A stretch of DNA of 64,000 nt from an uncultured Gemmatimonadales bacterium (GTDB taxonomy: Bacteria > Gemmatimonadota > Gemmatimonadetes > Gemmatimonadales > Gemmatimonadaceae): assembly GCA_963851265.1 (NCBI GenBank), contig CAWKNZ010000002.1, positions 512,001-576,000 of the forward strand, in the 5' to 3' direction. Both the position numbers and the translations under genes were made by a program. Shown here piece by piece: positions 23,630-33,419 of this stretch. Within the stretch, counting starts at the first letter, position 1. The number at the start of each line of letters is the position of its first letter. The notes below the pieces were generated by a model that was not told the DNA's origin, did not search any database, and worked only from the letters and a program-made list of their open reading frames with translations.

Positions 23630-25732
23630 ATGTCGTCCACCCGTCCGTCTTCCGCCCGGGGCGCGCGCGCGCGCTCGAGCGGAGCCCTCCTCGTGCTCGC
23701 GGCCGTCGCCTGCGACACGAACAGTCCGCCTGCCCTCGACCCCGCGGTCCCCGCGAGTAGCTTGATCGGGGTGGGCATGATCCTCGATGTTCCGACCGTT
23801 GCGCTGGCCGTCGGCGCCGCGGGCACGACGCTTCATGCGATGCGTCCCGACGCCGACCGCATCGACACCGTCGCGGCCGCCTGGCACTCGAGCGACGAGC
23901 AGGTCGTCAGCGTCGGAGCCGACGGCCGGCTGACGCCGCGGCGCGCGGGACAGGCAACCGTCTGGGCGCGAGTTGGGCGCGACAGCGTGCCCGCTTCCGT
24001 CACGGTGACCGAACGTGGTCCGTCGGCGAGCGTGAACGCCGCGACCGTCGCCGTCCGCCCAGCGGTGGCAATGCTGGCGGTCGGCGCCCCGCAGCAGTTC
24101 ACCGCGACGGTCCAGGCTGCGGCGACCGGTCTGCTCACCGTAGCAGGCGTTGCGGCCGCAGCGCCGAACGCACCCGCGGTGACGTGGTCGTCATCTGCGC
24201 CCACCGTCGCCGCGGTGTCGAGCAACGGAACGGTGGTGCCGATCGCGCCCGGGATCGCCGTCATCACGGCAACAGCGCTCGGTGTGCGTGCGACGTCGAC
24301 GGTGCTGGTCGCGGCCCCGCGCGCGAGCGCAGCAGCCCGCATCGACGTCGCCGTGATGCGGTTCGACGGCGGCAGTGGGCAGGTGATGGTGTCGAACGGC
24401 ATTCCGTTTCCGCGCGGAGCCGTCACCGAAAATTCGCTCGGCCAAGTCCACGTGTTCGTCAACGGGACCGAGCGACCCATTCGCACGCGCGCCCTCAGCG
24501 GGCGCTGGCCCGACGGGTCGCTGCGCGCCGCGCTGGTCCAGTTCGATTACGTGATCCCCGACGCGCAGCCCATTCCGGGTTACGTCACCGTCGGCGGTAC
24601 GCGCACGCTCACGCCTCCAGCCGAGCGTGCGGCCGTGCCGACCCCCGTCGCCGCGGTCCTCCCTACCTCGTCGGCCTACCTGATGAGCACCGGCCTCGGC
24701 GGTCCGCTGTACGACCCGGCCACGACGAAGGCGCCAACGTCTCTCATCGCGCAGTACGAGAGCGACTACGTCCGCTTGGCTGCAGGCGACTGGTCGCAGT
24801 GCGGGTCCAATTGGAGCTGTGGACGGACCGCCGGTTACGACCGCGCGTTCATTCTCTATCAGGAGTGGCTGCGCACGGCCAACCCGACGTACTGGCAGCA
24901 CGCGTCCGCGATCGTCGCGAACTACATCGACCAGTACTTGGCGCCCGCGAACGGCGGTCCTGCGCCTTGGTGGTCGAACAGCGAGAGCATGGCGCTTCAC
25001 TACTTCTCGACTGGCGACGAGCGGACGCGCGGGTACCTGTACTCGATGGCGACGTCGCTGATGTGTCAGGACCGCCCGATCGCGATGTGGCGGCTCGGCG
25101 GCGACCCGTCGACGCAGCTCGGCGACGACCGCGCGCGGGCCAAGGTGATCGCTGCGCTCATGGACGTGCAGATGACTAACGCGGTGCCGACCGCGACCAG
25201 TCCCGACATGACGGGCGGCGATGCGATGTTTTGCCGCCAGTACATGACGAATACCGTGCTCACGACCGCGATCAACGACATCCTCGGGACCCAACACACC
25301 TCCGGCGCGTTCGGCGGCACGCAGTACAACGGTGGGCAGAAGAATTTCATGGTCGGGATGCTGCTCACACAGCTGATCCGGTACTACGACCAGTTCACGC
25401 CGGACGCACGGATCCCGACCGCCGTGCAGCGCGCCGTCGACTACATGACGGCGAACGAGTGGATCGCGAGCGCGCAGGGTTTCAAGTACGTCACGACGAA
25501 CGTCGACGCGGACGATGGCGACTGGCCCGAGCCGACCCTGAACAACCTCGTCGCCCCGGCGTACGCGTGGCTGTACAACCGCACCGGAAATGCGCAGTAC
25601 GCCACGATGGTGGACCGCATGCTCCTGGCGAATACGAACAACGGTGAGCGCAGCTGGTGGGCGGCCTCGGGCAAGGCATTCGACCAAGGATTCACCCACA
25701 CGTTCAACACGATGCAGTGGCGTAACCGCTAG
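23630..25732 (+). CDS. Lipoprotein with two Ig-like (Big_2-type) domains and a PcRGLX/YetA-like (polysaccharide lyase-like) C-terminal region
   Basis: Lipobox AVAC (Cys28); WHSSD/WSSSA Big_2 motifs; GIPFPRG...RWPDGS motif; aromatic-rich helical C-terminus. Confidence 0.65.
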   Translation: MSSTRPSSARGARARSSGALLVLAAVACDTNSPPALDPAVPASSLIGVGMILDVPTVALAVGAAGTTLHAMRPDADRIDTVAAAWHSSDEQVVSVGADGRLTPRRAGQATVWARVGRDSVPASVTVTERGPSASVNAATVAVRPAVAMLAVGAPQQFTATVQAAATGLLTVAGVAAAAPNAPAVTWSSSAPTVAAVSSNGTVVPIAPGIAVITATALGVRATSTVLVAAPRASAAARIDVAVMRFDGGSGQVMVSNGIPFPRGAVTENSLGQVHVFVNGTERPIRTRALSGRWPDGSLRAALVQFDYVIPDAQPIPGYVTVGGTRTLTPPAERAAVPTPVAAVLPTSSAYLMSTGLGGPLYDPATTKAPTSLIAQYESDYVRLAAGDWSQCGSNWSCGRTAGYDRAFILYQEWLRTANPTYWQHASAIVANYIDQYLAPANGGPAPWWSNSESMALHYFSTGDERTRGYLYSMATSLMCQDRPIAMWRLGGDPSTQLGDDRARAKVIAALMDVQMTNAVPTATSPDMTGGDAMFCRQYMTNTVLTTAINDILGTQHTSGAFGGTQYNGGQKNFMVGMLLTQLIRYYDQFTPDARIPTAVQRAVDYMTANEWIASAQGFKYVTTNVDADDGDWPEPTLNNLVAPAYAWLYNRTGNAQYATMVDRMLLANTNNGERSWWAASGKAFDQGFTHTFNTMQWRNR

Positions 25733-25840
25733 GCATCAACGATCGAGCGGTGGCCCGCGCCGGTCACCGCTCGGCCCCGGGCAGGCTATTTTCAACGGCG
25801 AGCGCACGGCCGGGCCGCGCCTCCACCTCGGCCGCATCGC

Positions 25841-27022
25841 ATGTCCACTGTCCTGCTCGCGTCGTTCGTCGCCGGCCCTCTTGCGCTGGCCGTCTTCACC
25901 GCCGTCGGGTATCCGGCGCTCCTCCGCGTTCGCGCGGCGGGGCGCCGTTCGCCGATCGAAGCCACCCTCGCCGCGGCGGACGCGGCGCGCGCCGCGGGAA
26001 CGCCCGACGACGCCGCGCGCGTGACCGTTGTCGTCGCGACGCGCGACGCACCGGATTCCATCGTCGAACGCGTGCGCGACCTCCGCGCCGCCGACTACCC
26101 TCAAGACCGGCTCGACGTGGTCGTTGCCGTCGACGCTGGCGGTTCGTATCCCGCGGCGGCATACGCGCGGGCGTTGGGCGACAACGCCCGCGTGGTGCCC
26201 GGCGACCCGCCCGGCGGGAAATCGGCGGCGCTGAACGCCGGCGTCCGGGCAGCCACGAGTGACGTGCTGCTGTTCGCCGACTCCGCCCAACGGTTTGCCC
26301 CGTCCGTGATCCGGGACCTCGTCGTGGCCGTGCATTCCCCCGGCGTCGGCGCCGTTACGGGCGTGATTGCGCCGGCGGCGGATGACCCGTTGCTCGATCG
26401 GTACTGGCAATACGAGCTTCGCTTGCGTCGAGACCAGGCCGCCGTGCACAGCATCATCTGCGTGTCGGGTGCCGTCTACGCGATGCGCGGGGCACTCTGG
26501 CGCCCGATGCCGACGGGGCTGATCTGCGACGACCTGTTCGCGACCACGCAGGTCATCCTGCAGGGGTGGCGCGTGGCGATCTGCGAGCGCGCACTCGCCA
26601 CTGACCCGCGCACGTTCACGCGAGAGCAGCACTTTCGTCGCAAGGTCCGCACGCTCACGGGCCTCGTCCAGCTCTGCGCGTGGACGCCGGAGATCCTGCT
26701 CCCTTGGCGCAACGCAATCTGGCCGGATTTCGTCGTACACAAGCTCACGCGCGTTCTGCTCCCGTACCTCGGGGTAATTGCCGCGTTCTGTAGCGTGTGG
26801 CTGGCGCTCCGCGTCGCGGGAATGGCCGTGCTCTGGGCCGCCGGCGCGGGGCTGGTGCTCGCCGCGCTGGTCGCGTTAGCTCGGCCGCGGCTCCTGCGCG
26901 ACGTCGCGTGGGCGGCGAAGCTCTCGACGGCGCCACTCCTCGCGCTCATGAACGCGGTCCGCGGACGCTGGGAAGTCTGGCAGCCGTCGTCAATTCCGTA
27001 TGCGGCAGACCGGTCCGGGTGA
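25841..27022 (+). CDS. Membrane-associated glycosyltransferase family 2
   Basis: GYP, GKSAALN, FADS, SGAVYA, ICDD, RKVRT; TM helices at both ends. Confidence 0.85.
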   Translation: MSTVLLASFVAGPLALAVFTAVGYPALLRVRAAGRRSPIEATLAAADAARAAGTPDDAARVTVVVATRDAPDSIVERVRDLRAADYPQDRLDVVVAVDAGGSYPAAAYARALGDNARVVPGDPPGGKSAALNAGVRAATSDVLLFADSAQRFAPSVIRDLVVAVHSPGVGAVTGVIAPAADDPLLDRYWQYELRLRRDQAAVHSIICVSGAVYAMRGALWRPMPTGLICDDLFATTQVILQGWRVAICERALATDPRTFTREQHFRRKVRTLTGLVQLCAWTPEILLPWRNAIWPDFVVHKLTRVLLPYLGVIAAFCSVWLALRVAGMAVLWAAGAGLVLAALVALARPRLLRDVAWAAKLSTAPLLALMNAVRGRWEVWQPSSIPYAADRSG

Positions 27023-27055
27023 CCGCCCCGCCCGCGCTCCCACATCCCACACGCC

Positions 27056-28120
27056 GTGCTCCTGTCAGTCGTCGTCCCGTGCTACAACGAAGCGGACGCC
27101 ATTTCCGAGACGCACCGCCGGCTAACCACGACGTTGCAGCGTTTGGAGCCTGACGGATACGAATTGATTTATGTCGACGACGGAAGTCGTGACGCGACGC
27201 CGACGATCTTGCGCGATCTGTCCGCCGGCGACGCCCGGGTCCGAGTCCTCTTTCTCTCGCGCAACTTCGGGCACCAAACCGCCGTCAGCGCCGGCATCGA
27301 ACACGCGGCTGGCGATGCGGTCGCGATCATCGACGCCGACCTCCAGGATCCGCCCGAGGTGCTGCTCGAGATGCTCGAGCGCTGGCGGGAGGGGGCCGAC
27401 GTCGCGTACGGCCTGCGCACCGATCGCGCGGGCGAGACAGCGTTCAAGCGCGCCACCGCGAAGTCGTTCTACCGCCTGTTGAACCGACTCAGTGAAACGG
27501 CGATCCCGCTCGACGTCGGCGATTTTCGGTTGATGGACCGGAAGGTGGTGCGGGCGCTCGTCGCCATGCCCGAGCGGGCGCGCTTCGTCCGGGGTATGGT
27601 GAGCTGGGTCGGGTACCGGCAGGTCGCAGTCCCGTACGCGCGCGCCGAGCGGTTCGCGGGCGAAACGAAATATCCCCTCTTCAAAATGGTGCGGCTCGCG
27701 TTGGACGGGGTCACATCGTTCTCCGTCGTGCCGCTGCGCCTTGCATCGTGGGCGGGCGTCGGTGCCTCGCTCGTCGCGCTTCTCGGAATCGTCTGGGCGG
27801 TTGTGACCCGCCTGCTCACGAACTCCTGGGTACCCGGGTGGGCGGCGATCTTCGTCGCGGTGCTCTTCGTCGGGGGCGTGCAACTACTGGCTCTCGGCAT
27901 CATCGGCGAGTACATCGGTCGCATCTATGGCGAGTCGAAGCAACGTCCGTTGTACCTCTTGCGCGACGCACTCGGCTTCGAGGTGCCACCGGGTGAGCCG
28001 GTCCGCGCGCAGGGCCACGTTCGAATCGCGCGCCCCGGTTTTTCAGATCGCGTGGGCGAATCCACCGAGCGCACCTCGGCACAGCCGTACGCGGGCCTCT
28101 CATCCCATCCCGACCGATGA
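27056..28120 (+). CDS. Polyprenyl-phosphate glycosyltransferase (GtrB/DPM1-like GT2)
   Basis: VVPCYNE, DDGSRD, SRNFGH, DADLQDPP, GDFRLMDR, GEYIGRIY; two C-terminal TM helices. Confidence 0.92.
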   Translation: MLLSVVVPCYNEADAISETHRRLTTTLQRLEPDGYELIYVDDGSRDATPTILRDLSAGDARVRVLFLSRNFGHQTAVSAGIEHAAGDAVAIIDADLQDPPEVLLEMLERWREGADVAYGLRTDRAGETAFKRATAKSFYRLLNRLSETAIPLDVGDFRLMDRKVVRALVAMPERARFVRGMVSWVGYRQVAVPYARAERFAGETKYPLFKMVRLALDGVTSFSVVPLRLASWAGVGASLVALLGIVWAVVTRLLTNSWVPGWAAIFVAVLFVGGVQLLALGIIGEYIGRIYGESKQRPLYLLRDALGFEVPPGEPVRAQGHVRIARPGFSDRVGESTERTSAQPYAGLSSHPDR

Positions 28121-29808
28121 CGGCGACGTTCGCTGCGCCAGGCGCAGCGCGGACTGAGTCTCTCGCCGGCGATCGAGTCGTGCGACCGGCACCCGTTCGC
28201 GAATGGTGGTCGAAGCCGTGGGTGATCGTCCTTGCCGCCGTCGTGGTTCGTCTGCTCGCGCTCCTCTTCATCGAGGGCGACGTGAACGACGGTACGACCC
28301 GGATCGGTACCGCGGCCGCGTGGTTTTTCGACGGCGTGCCGACGTTCGGCCGGACCGTCTGGGGCGAGGGGAACTACGTGCTGCCGGGGCTCGCGCTCCT
28401 CGTCTGGCGCGACCCGTTCTGGAGCGTGCGCATCCTGTACGCGCTCATCGCGGCGACGAACGCCTGGCTGGCGCTCAAGGTCACGTCCGAAGCCTTCGAC
28501 CTGCGCGCCGGCGCGGTGACTGGCTGGATCGTGGCGCTGATGCCGTTCCACCTGTTCATGTCGTCGAACGGCGCGACGAGCGAGGCGCCGTACATCACGT
28601 GCATTCTCGCGGCCGTCTGGGCCGTGATGCGATATCGACAGACGCCGCGAGCGAGCCTCGCGGCGATTGCGGGGCTGGCCCTCGCGTTGGCGACGACCGT
28701 CAGATTCGACGGGGTGATCTGGGGTCTGCCGCTCGCCGCGTCGTTCGTCCTCCTGCTTCCTGGCGAGCGGGCGCGGTTCCACATCGAACGTCGCACCGTC
28801 GGCCACCTCGCAATCTTCGGCGTCTGCGGGCTGCTCTACGTGCTCGTGATCTTCTGGCGCTGGTCGATGTTGTATCCAACGCCGTGGTACCCGCTCGATC
28901 AGGCGAAGCTCAACACGCTGCAGTTTTTCGCCGGCGGGCAGCATCAACGGTGGCCGAACTGGCTGTACCAGACGTACGTGGTGCTGTTCTGGCCGGCGGC
29001 CACGCTCGCGATCCTCACGCCGGGACTCGGGATCGTGAGCTGGGTCGGCTTCGTCGCCGCACTGCGACGCGTCGAGCGCGCGGCGGTCCCGCTCGCGCTC
29101 GGGCTGGTAGTCGCGAGCGCATGGCTCGCGTACGCCGCGTTCACCCACGCCATCCTCGCGCAGTTTCGCTACGCGCTGATCATCGCGGTCACACTCGCGG
29201 CGTACACGGTGCCCGGCGTGCGGGCAATCCGGGCGCGGCTCCCGCGCCTGCGCCTAACGCACGTCGTGGTCGCGACGGCGGCGGTCGGCCTCGCGTGGCA
29301 GGCCGTCGTGAGCGACGCGTCACTGCATGCACGCGGGGTGCTGACAAACCAGTTCCGATCGATCAGTCCGGTCCAGCGGTCGCAGTTCGCCGCGCGCGAC
29401 CTCCTCACCTGGGCGGATCGTAACGCGACCCGCGAGACGCCGTTGGTGGTGACGCCCTACATCCAGTCGTCGTACTACCTGCTGAAGGGGCGCCCGCTCA
29501 TCGACGCGGGGCGGGTAATCGTTCAGTCGTACTACCTGCCGAACAGTCAGTTCGTTCACACCCGCGCCTCGCTCGCGGACGTGCTGGCTCAGGAGATCGC
29601 GGGCGCGCGCTGGGTAGCGACCAGCACCGGGACCCGCCAACTCGGCCTCCGCGACGGAATGGCGTCGGAGCTTGTCGCCCCGACGCGACTCGGTTCCACC
29701 TATCAGTGGCACGGGATCCAACTTGCGCCGGTCGCGAACTGGGGAGACATCCAGTTGTGGCGAGTCGAGCGCGCCACGCACGAACGCACGACCGGAACGC
29801 GCGAGTAG
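28117..29808 (+). CDS. GT-C fold membrane glycosyltransferase (ArnT/PMT-like)
   Basis: Multi-TM with SEAP, VRFDG and FRY motifs and a soluble C-terminal domain; ATGA overlap with the GtrB-like gene. Confidence 0.65.
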   Translation: MTATFAAPGAARTESLAGDRVVRPAPVREWWSKPWVIVLAAVVVRLLALLFIEGDVNDGTTRIGTAAAWFFDGVPTFGRTVWGEGNYVLPGLALLVWRDPFWSVRILYALIAATNAWLALKVTSEAFDLRAGAVTGWIVALMPFHLFMSSNGATSEAPYITCILAAVWAVMRYRQTPRASLAAIAGLALALATTVRFDGVIWGLPLAASFVLLLPGERARFHIERRTVGHLAIFGVCGLLYVLVIFWRWSMLYPTPWYPLDQAKLNTLQFFAGGQHQRWPNWLYQTYVVLFWPAATLAILTPGLGIVSWVGFVAALRRVERAAVPLALGLVVASAWLAYAAFTHAILAQFRYALIIAVTLAAYTVPGVRAIRARLPRLRLTHVVVATAAVGLAWQAVVSDASLHARGVLTNQFRSISPVQRSQFAARDLLTWADRNATRETPLVVTPYIQSSYYLLKGRPLIDAGRVIVQSYYLPNSQFVHTRASLADVLAQEIAGARWVATSTGTRQLGLRDGMASELVAPTRLGSTYQWHGIQLAPVANWGDIQLWRVERATHERTTGTRE

Positions 29809-29836
29809 TCGACCCGGCGATCAGCCCCCGGATTTA

Positions 29837-29886
29837 GCCTGAACGCGAGAGCGCCCGGGATTTCCCGGGCGCTCTCGCGTTCAGGC
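29837..29886. terminator. Bidirectional hairpin between convergent operons
   Basis: Perfect 24-bp inverted repeat gcctgaacgcgagagcgcccggga-tt-tcccgggcgctctcgcgttcaggc. Confidence 0.75.
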
Positions 29887-29888
29887 CA

Positions 29889-31346
29889 TCACGCGCGGGC
29901 GAGCCCGGTCGTCGGCGCGCGGCCGACCATCCGCGCGGCCACACCGCGCCGCGCACTACGCGGCGGCGCGGAGGGAACGCCGCCGCGCAGCGACTCCGCC
30001 TCATAGACACGCCCTGCGTACGCGGCCAGCGCCAGCGTGAAGAAGAGCAGCGGGTTGTAGGCGTGCGACAGGAACATCGCTCCGGAGAGGAATCCGGTGA
30101 GCGTGGCGAAGATTTCCGGGCGGTACAGCTGGCGTGGAGCGCTCGCCTTCGGCCGGCGCCAGAGGGGGAACGATCCGCGAACGGCAGTCGTGATCATTCC
30201 GAACAGCGCAATTCCGCCGAGGATCCCGATCTCGACGAGCACCTGGAGATAGGTGTTGTGGGCCGTGAGCCAACCTCCGCTGCGGCCCTGGCTGGCGAAG
30301 TACTCGCCCTCGCGCAGTCCGTACCCGCCTGGCCCGACGCCGATGATGGGCCGGCGGATGAAGTAGCCCAGCCCACGCTGCCAGATGATCCACCGGCCGG
30401 CGTCCGTGTTGAACGTGTAGTCGTTCCCGATGTCCAGAAACGAGGCCGTTCGGATCCGGAACGACTCGGGTCCGAACATCCACGCGAGAGGAATCGCGAT
30501 GACGATGACCGTCAAAAGCGTGAAGAACCGACCGGGTTTCTGCGCCAGCAGCAGGGTGAGCGTGCCCACGCCGAGCGCAATCGTGCCGCCGCGCGACCCA
30601 GTCTTGAGCGCGACAATGACCGTCACGACGGCCGAGGCCGCTCCGAGCAAGCGCCACAGGCCGCGCTCGCGCAGGGCCATCCCGATCGAGAGTTGCATGA
30701 CGATGACGGCGAGCACCGCGAGGTCGTTGGGATCGTACATGCCGAGCCCGCCTAACCGCGCTCCGCCGAGGCCGTCCATGACGATCGAGCCGAACATCAT
30801 CACGTACGCGGCATACGATCCACCAAGGAGAACCGTCCAACGGATGATGCGGTCGAGCGTCTCTCGCGTCGGCTCGCACAGCATGATCGCGACGAACATC
30901 AACGCCATGAACGGGAGAACGTACATGATGTTGAACGCACCGCCCGGCCAGAGCGCGAATGGGATCGTTATCACGATCACGGCCATGTACATCGCGAGCC
31001 AACGCACGGCAGGCTGCTCGAAGACCATCCGCCAGATCTGCGGACGCACCCGCTGCACGAGCAGCAGGCCGACGATCGTTCCCGCGATGATCGACGGGCG
31101 GATCCGGACGAGCGGCGGGTAGAGCTCGGCGAGTCGCATCACCAGCAACCCGATCAGCGCGACGACCGCCTTCCACGTGCCCTGCCAGTACGCGCCGACC
31201 GTGGTGGCGGCGCGAGCGAGTCCCGGTCGAGGCCCGCGCATCCCTGCGCGGAAGCCCGGAGCGACGCGCTGGGCCGGCGGATACCGGTGATTCGGTGCCG
31301 CCCCGGATGGGGGAAGCGGCCTGGAGGGAGGTACGGTCGCGGCCAT
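29889..31346 (-). CDS. O-antigen ligase / Wzy-like polymerase family protein
   Basis: DPNDLA, TGSRGG, R..IW, PIIGVG, AHNTYLQ..E.G; multi-TM. Confidence 0.88.
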   Translation of the reverse strand: MAATVPPSRPLPPSGAAPNHRYPPAQRVAPGFRAGMRGPRPGLARAATTVGAYWQGTWKAVVALIGLLVMRLAELYPPLVRIRPSIIAGTIVGLLLVQRVRPQIWRMVFEQPAVRWLAMYMAVIVITIPFALWPGGAFNIMYVLPFMALMFVAIMLCEPTRETLDRIIRWTVLLGGSYAAYVMMFGSIVMDGLGGARLGGLGMYDPNDLAVLAVIVMQLSIGMALRERGLWRLLGAASAVVTVIVALKTGSRGGTIALGVGTLTLLLAQKPGRFFTLLTVIVIAIPLAWMFGPESFRIRTASFLDIGNDYTFNTDAGRWIIWQRGLGYFIRRPIIGVGPGGYGLREGEYFASQGRSGGWLTAHNTYLQVLVEIGILGGIALFGMITTAVRGSFPLWRRPKASAPRQLYRPEIFATLTGFLSGAMFLSHAYNPLLFFTLALAAYAGRVYEAESLRGGVPSAPPRSARRGVAARMVGRAPTTGLARA

Positions 31347-31358
31347 GGCGGCTCGAAG

Positions 31359-32555
31359 TCAGAAAACGGGTACAGGCGGCGCCGTGAGCGGGCGCACGAG
31401 TCGAGTGTACAGGGCTTCGTGCGCCGCCACCATCCGGTCTACGCCGTACTGGGTACGGGCACGCGCGCGGGCGGCCTCGCCGAGTGTTCGGCGGAGCTGG
31501 GCGTCTGTGAGGACGCGAGCGAGCGCGGCCGCGAGTGTCTCGACGTCGCCGGGTGGGACGAGCACGCCTTCCTGCCCATCCCGCACGGCCTCAGGAATGC
31601 CGCCGACGCTCGAGGCGACGATCGCAGTACCGCTGAACATCGCTTCGAGCAGTGCCATCGGCAGCGCCTCGTTCAGCGACGGCATTGCGAACACGTCCGA
31701 CGCCGCCAGGAGATCGGGGACGTCGTCGCGCGGGCCGAGGAGGTGGACCCGCTGCCGCCACCCGAGTGCCGCGATCCGCTCGTCGAGCGAGTCCGCCGCG
31801 TCCTCGCGGCGGCCGGCGATGACGAGGCGCCACCGGACGTCGGCCGGGATGCGGCCGAGCGCGTCCAACAGCGCCGCGTGATTCTTGTTGTGGAAGAGGT
31901 TCCCGACGGCGACGACGAGCAGTTCGTCGGGTGCGACGCCGAGCGACGCCCGCGTCGCGTCGCGTGCGCCGTGGCGCTCGGGCACGCCGTTAGGCAGGAC
32001 GTCCATCCGGTCCGCCACGCGCCCGATGAGGCCGCGGAGCTCGCGGCGCAGCCCGTCCGATACGGCGATCGGCGCGTCGCTCGCCCGGAGGGCTGCCCGG
32101 AGCGCCCAGCGCCGGCGCGCGGCGCTCGTCTCGTGCCCGGTTCCGTGCATCGTGATCACGTGCCGCACGCGGCTGCCTGCGGTGGCGGCCGCGCCGAACA
32201 TCGCGAGTCCGATCATGTGGCTGTGCAGAACGTCCGCCTTCATGTCGGCCATCGCGCGCCGGATCTCCGCGACCGGCGTCCACCGCACGCGCCCGAGCGA
32301 CAACGGCCGGCTCGGGACGTCGACTCCCCGCAGTTGCGCATCCAGCCACCCCGAGCCTCGCGCCGGGATCAGCAGCTCGACGTGGTGTCCGCGTGCGCGC
32401 AAACCGGTGGCGAGGTGCGCGAGCATCGTCTCGGCCCCTCCCATGCGGTCCGACTCGGTCGCGAGCGCGATGCGCAGCGGCCGTGCTGCGTCGCGATCCG
32501 CTGCCGCGATCGGTCGACCGTCGCGACCCGCGGCGTACACCGGGGCGGCGCTCAT
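31359..32555 (-). CDS. Glycosyltransferase family 4
   Basis: GGAE, LPNGV, KNH, EALPMALLEAM. Confidence 0.9.
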   Translation of the reverse strand: MSAAPVYAAGRDGRPIAAADRDAARPLRIALATESDRMGGAETMLAHLATGLRARGHHVELLIPARGSGWLDAQLRGVDVPSRPLSLGRVRWTPVAEIRRAMADMKADVLHSHMIGLAMFGAAATAGSRVRHVITMHGTGHETSAARRRWALRAALRASDAPIAVSDGLRRELRGLIGRVADRMDVLPNGVPERHGARDATRASLGVAPDELLVVAVGNLFHNKNHAALLDALGRIPADVRWRLVIAGRREDAADSLDERIAALGWRQRVHLLGPRDDVPDLLAASDVFAMPSLNEALPMALLEAMFSGTAIVASSVGGIPEAVRDGQEGVLVPPGDVETLAAALARVLTDAQLRRTLGEAARARARTQYGVDRMVAAHEALYTRLVRPLTAPPVPVF

Positions 32556-33406
32556 GCCGCGGCAGACATTTCGGTCACGAGCGACTCGATCTCCGAGCCG
32601 TCGCCCACGCGGGCCACGACTGCGAACGCGTCGCCGGCGGTGGCGCGGCGCAGGACGCTCGCGTGGTTGGTCCGCGTGTCATCGTGTGTACGACACAGCA
32701 CGAGAAGGCCGCGTGCGCGGACGTACGTGCGGAGGTGGGCGATCATGCGCTCGAGCGTCGGCTGGTCGAAATAGTCACGATTGAGCACGTTCGCCGCACG
32801 GACGACGTCGAATCGGTCGCGCCACTCGGGACGGAGCGTCGTCAGGTCGTGTTCGCGGACGGTCACGCGCGCGTGGCGCGCGAGGCGTGGCGAGATGAGC
32901 TGCACGGGGGTACCCCGTGCGGCGCCGGCCGGTCCGCCGACCAGGCGTTCGGCCGCATCGAACACTTGCTGAAGTGCCGCGCGGGCGCTCGACCCGGCGG
33001 GATCATGGGGTCGCCCCTTAACGGCGACCGGCGTCGCGATCTGGAGTACGTGCCCCTTCGGGTCACACAGCAGATCGACGCCGGCAATCCGCAGCAGGAA
33101 TGCAGAGACGGAGAGGTCGACCGCGACGACCTCCGGTTCCATGCCGTGCTCGGCTAGTGTGTCCATCAGTTCGAGCGTCGTCACGCCCGACGACACGCCG
33201 ACGTCGAGCACGTCGGCGTGCGTTCCGGGCGTGAGCGCCCTCGCGACCGCCGCGTCGACGTCGGGCATGCGGTCGGGGTACGTCGTCTTGTACGTACCGT
33301 TTGGCAGGCGCAGGTTGCGGAAGAAGCGAGTCTCGGTCGCGACCTCCGCCTCCGCCAACCGGTCCGCGGCTGGGAAAAAGAATGCTCGGGCCGACGGCAT
33401 CGACAT
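32552..33406 (-). CDS. Class I SAM-dependent methyltransferase
   Basis: VLDVGVSSG (motif I), HDL, FDVVRAANVL; coupled to the GT4 gene. Confidence 0.7.
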   Translation of the reverse strand: MSMPSARAFFFPAADRLAEAEVATETRFFRNLRLPNGTYKTTYPDRMPDVDAAVARALTPGTHADVLDVGVSSGVTTLELMDTLAEHGMEPEVVAVDLSVSAFLLRIAGVDLLCDPKGHVLQIATPVAVKGRPHDPAGSSARAALQQVFDAAERLVGGPAGAARGTPVQLISPRLARHARVTVREHDLTTLRPEWRDRFDVVRAANVLNRDYFDQPTLERMIAHLRTYVRARGLLVLCRTHDDTRTNHASVLRRATAGDAFAVVARVGDGSEIESLVTEMSAAA

Positions 33407-33419
33407 CCCGCGACCCGCC

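Noticed and set aside
29837..29886. Perfect inverted repeat as a MITE or REP element
   Set aside because: Single copy in the window, no target duplication, and a position that fits a terminator.
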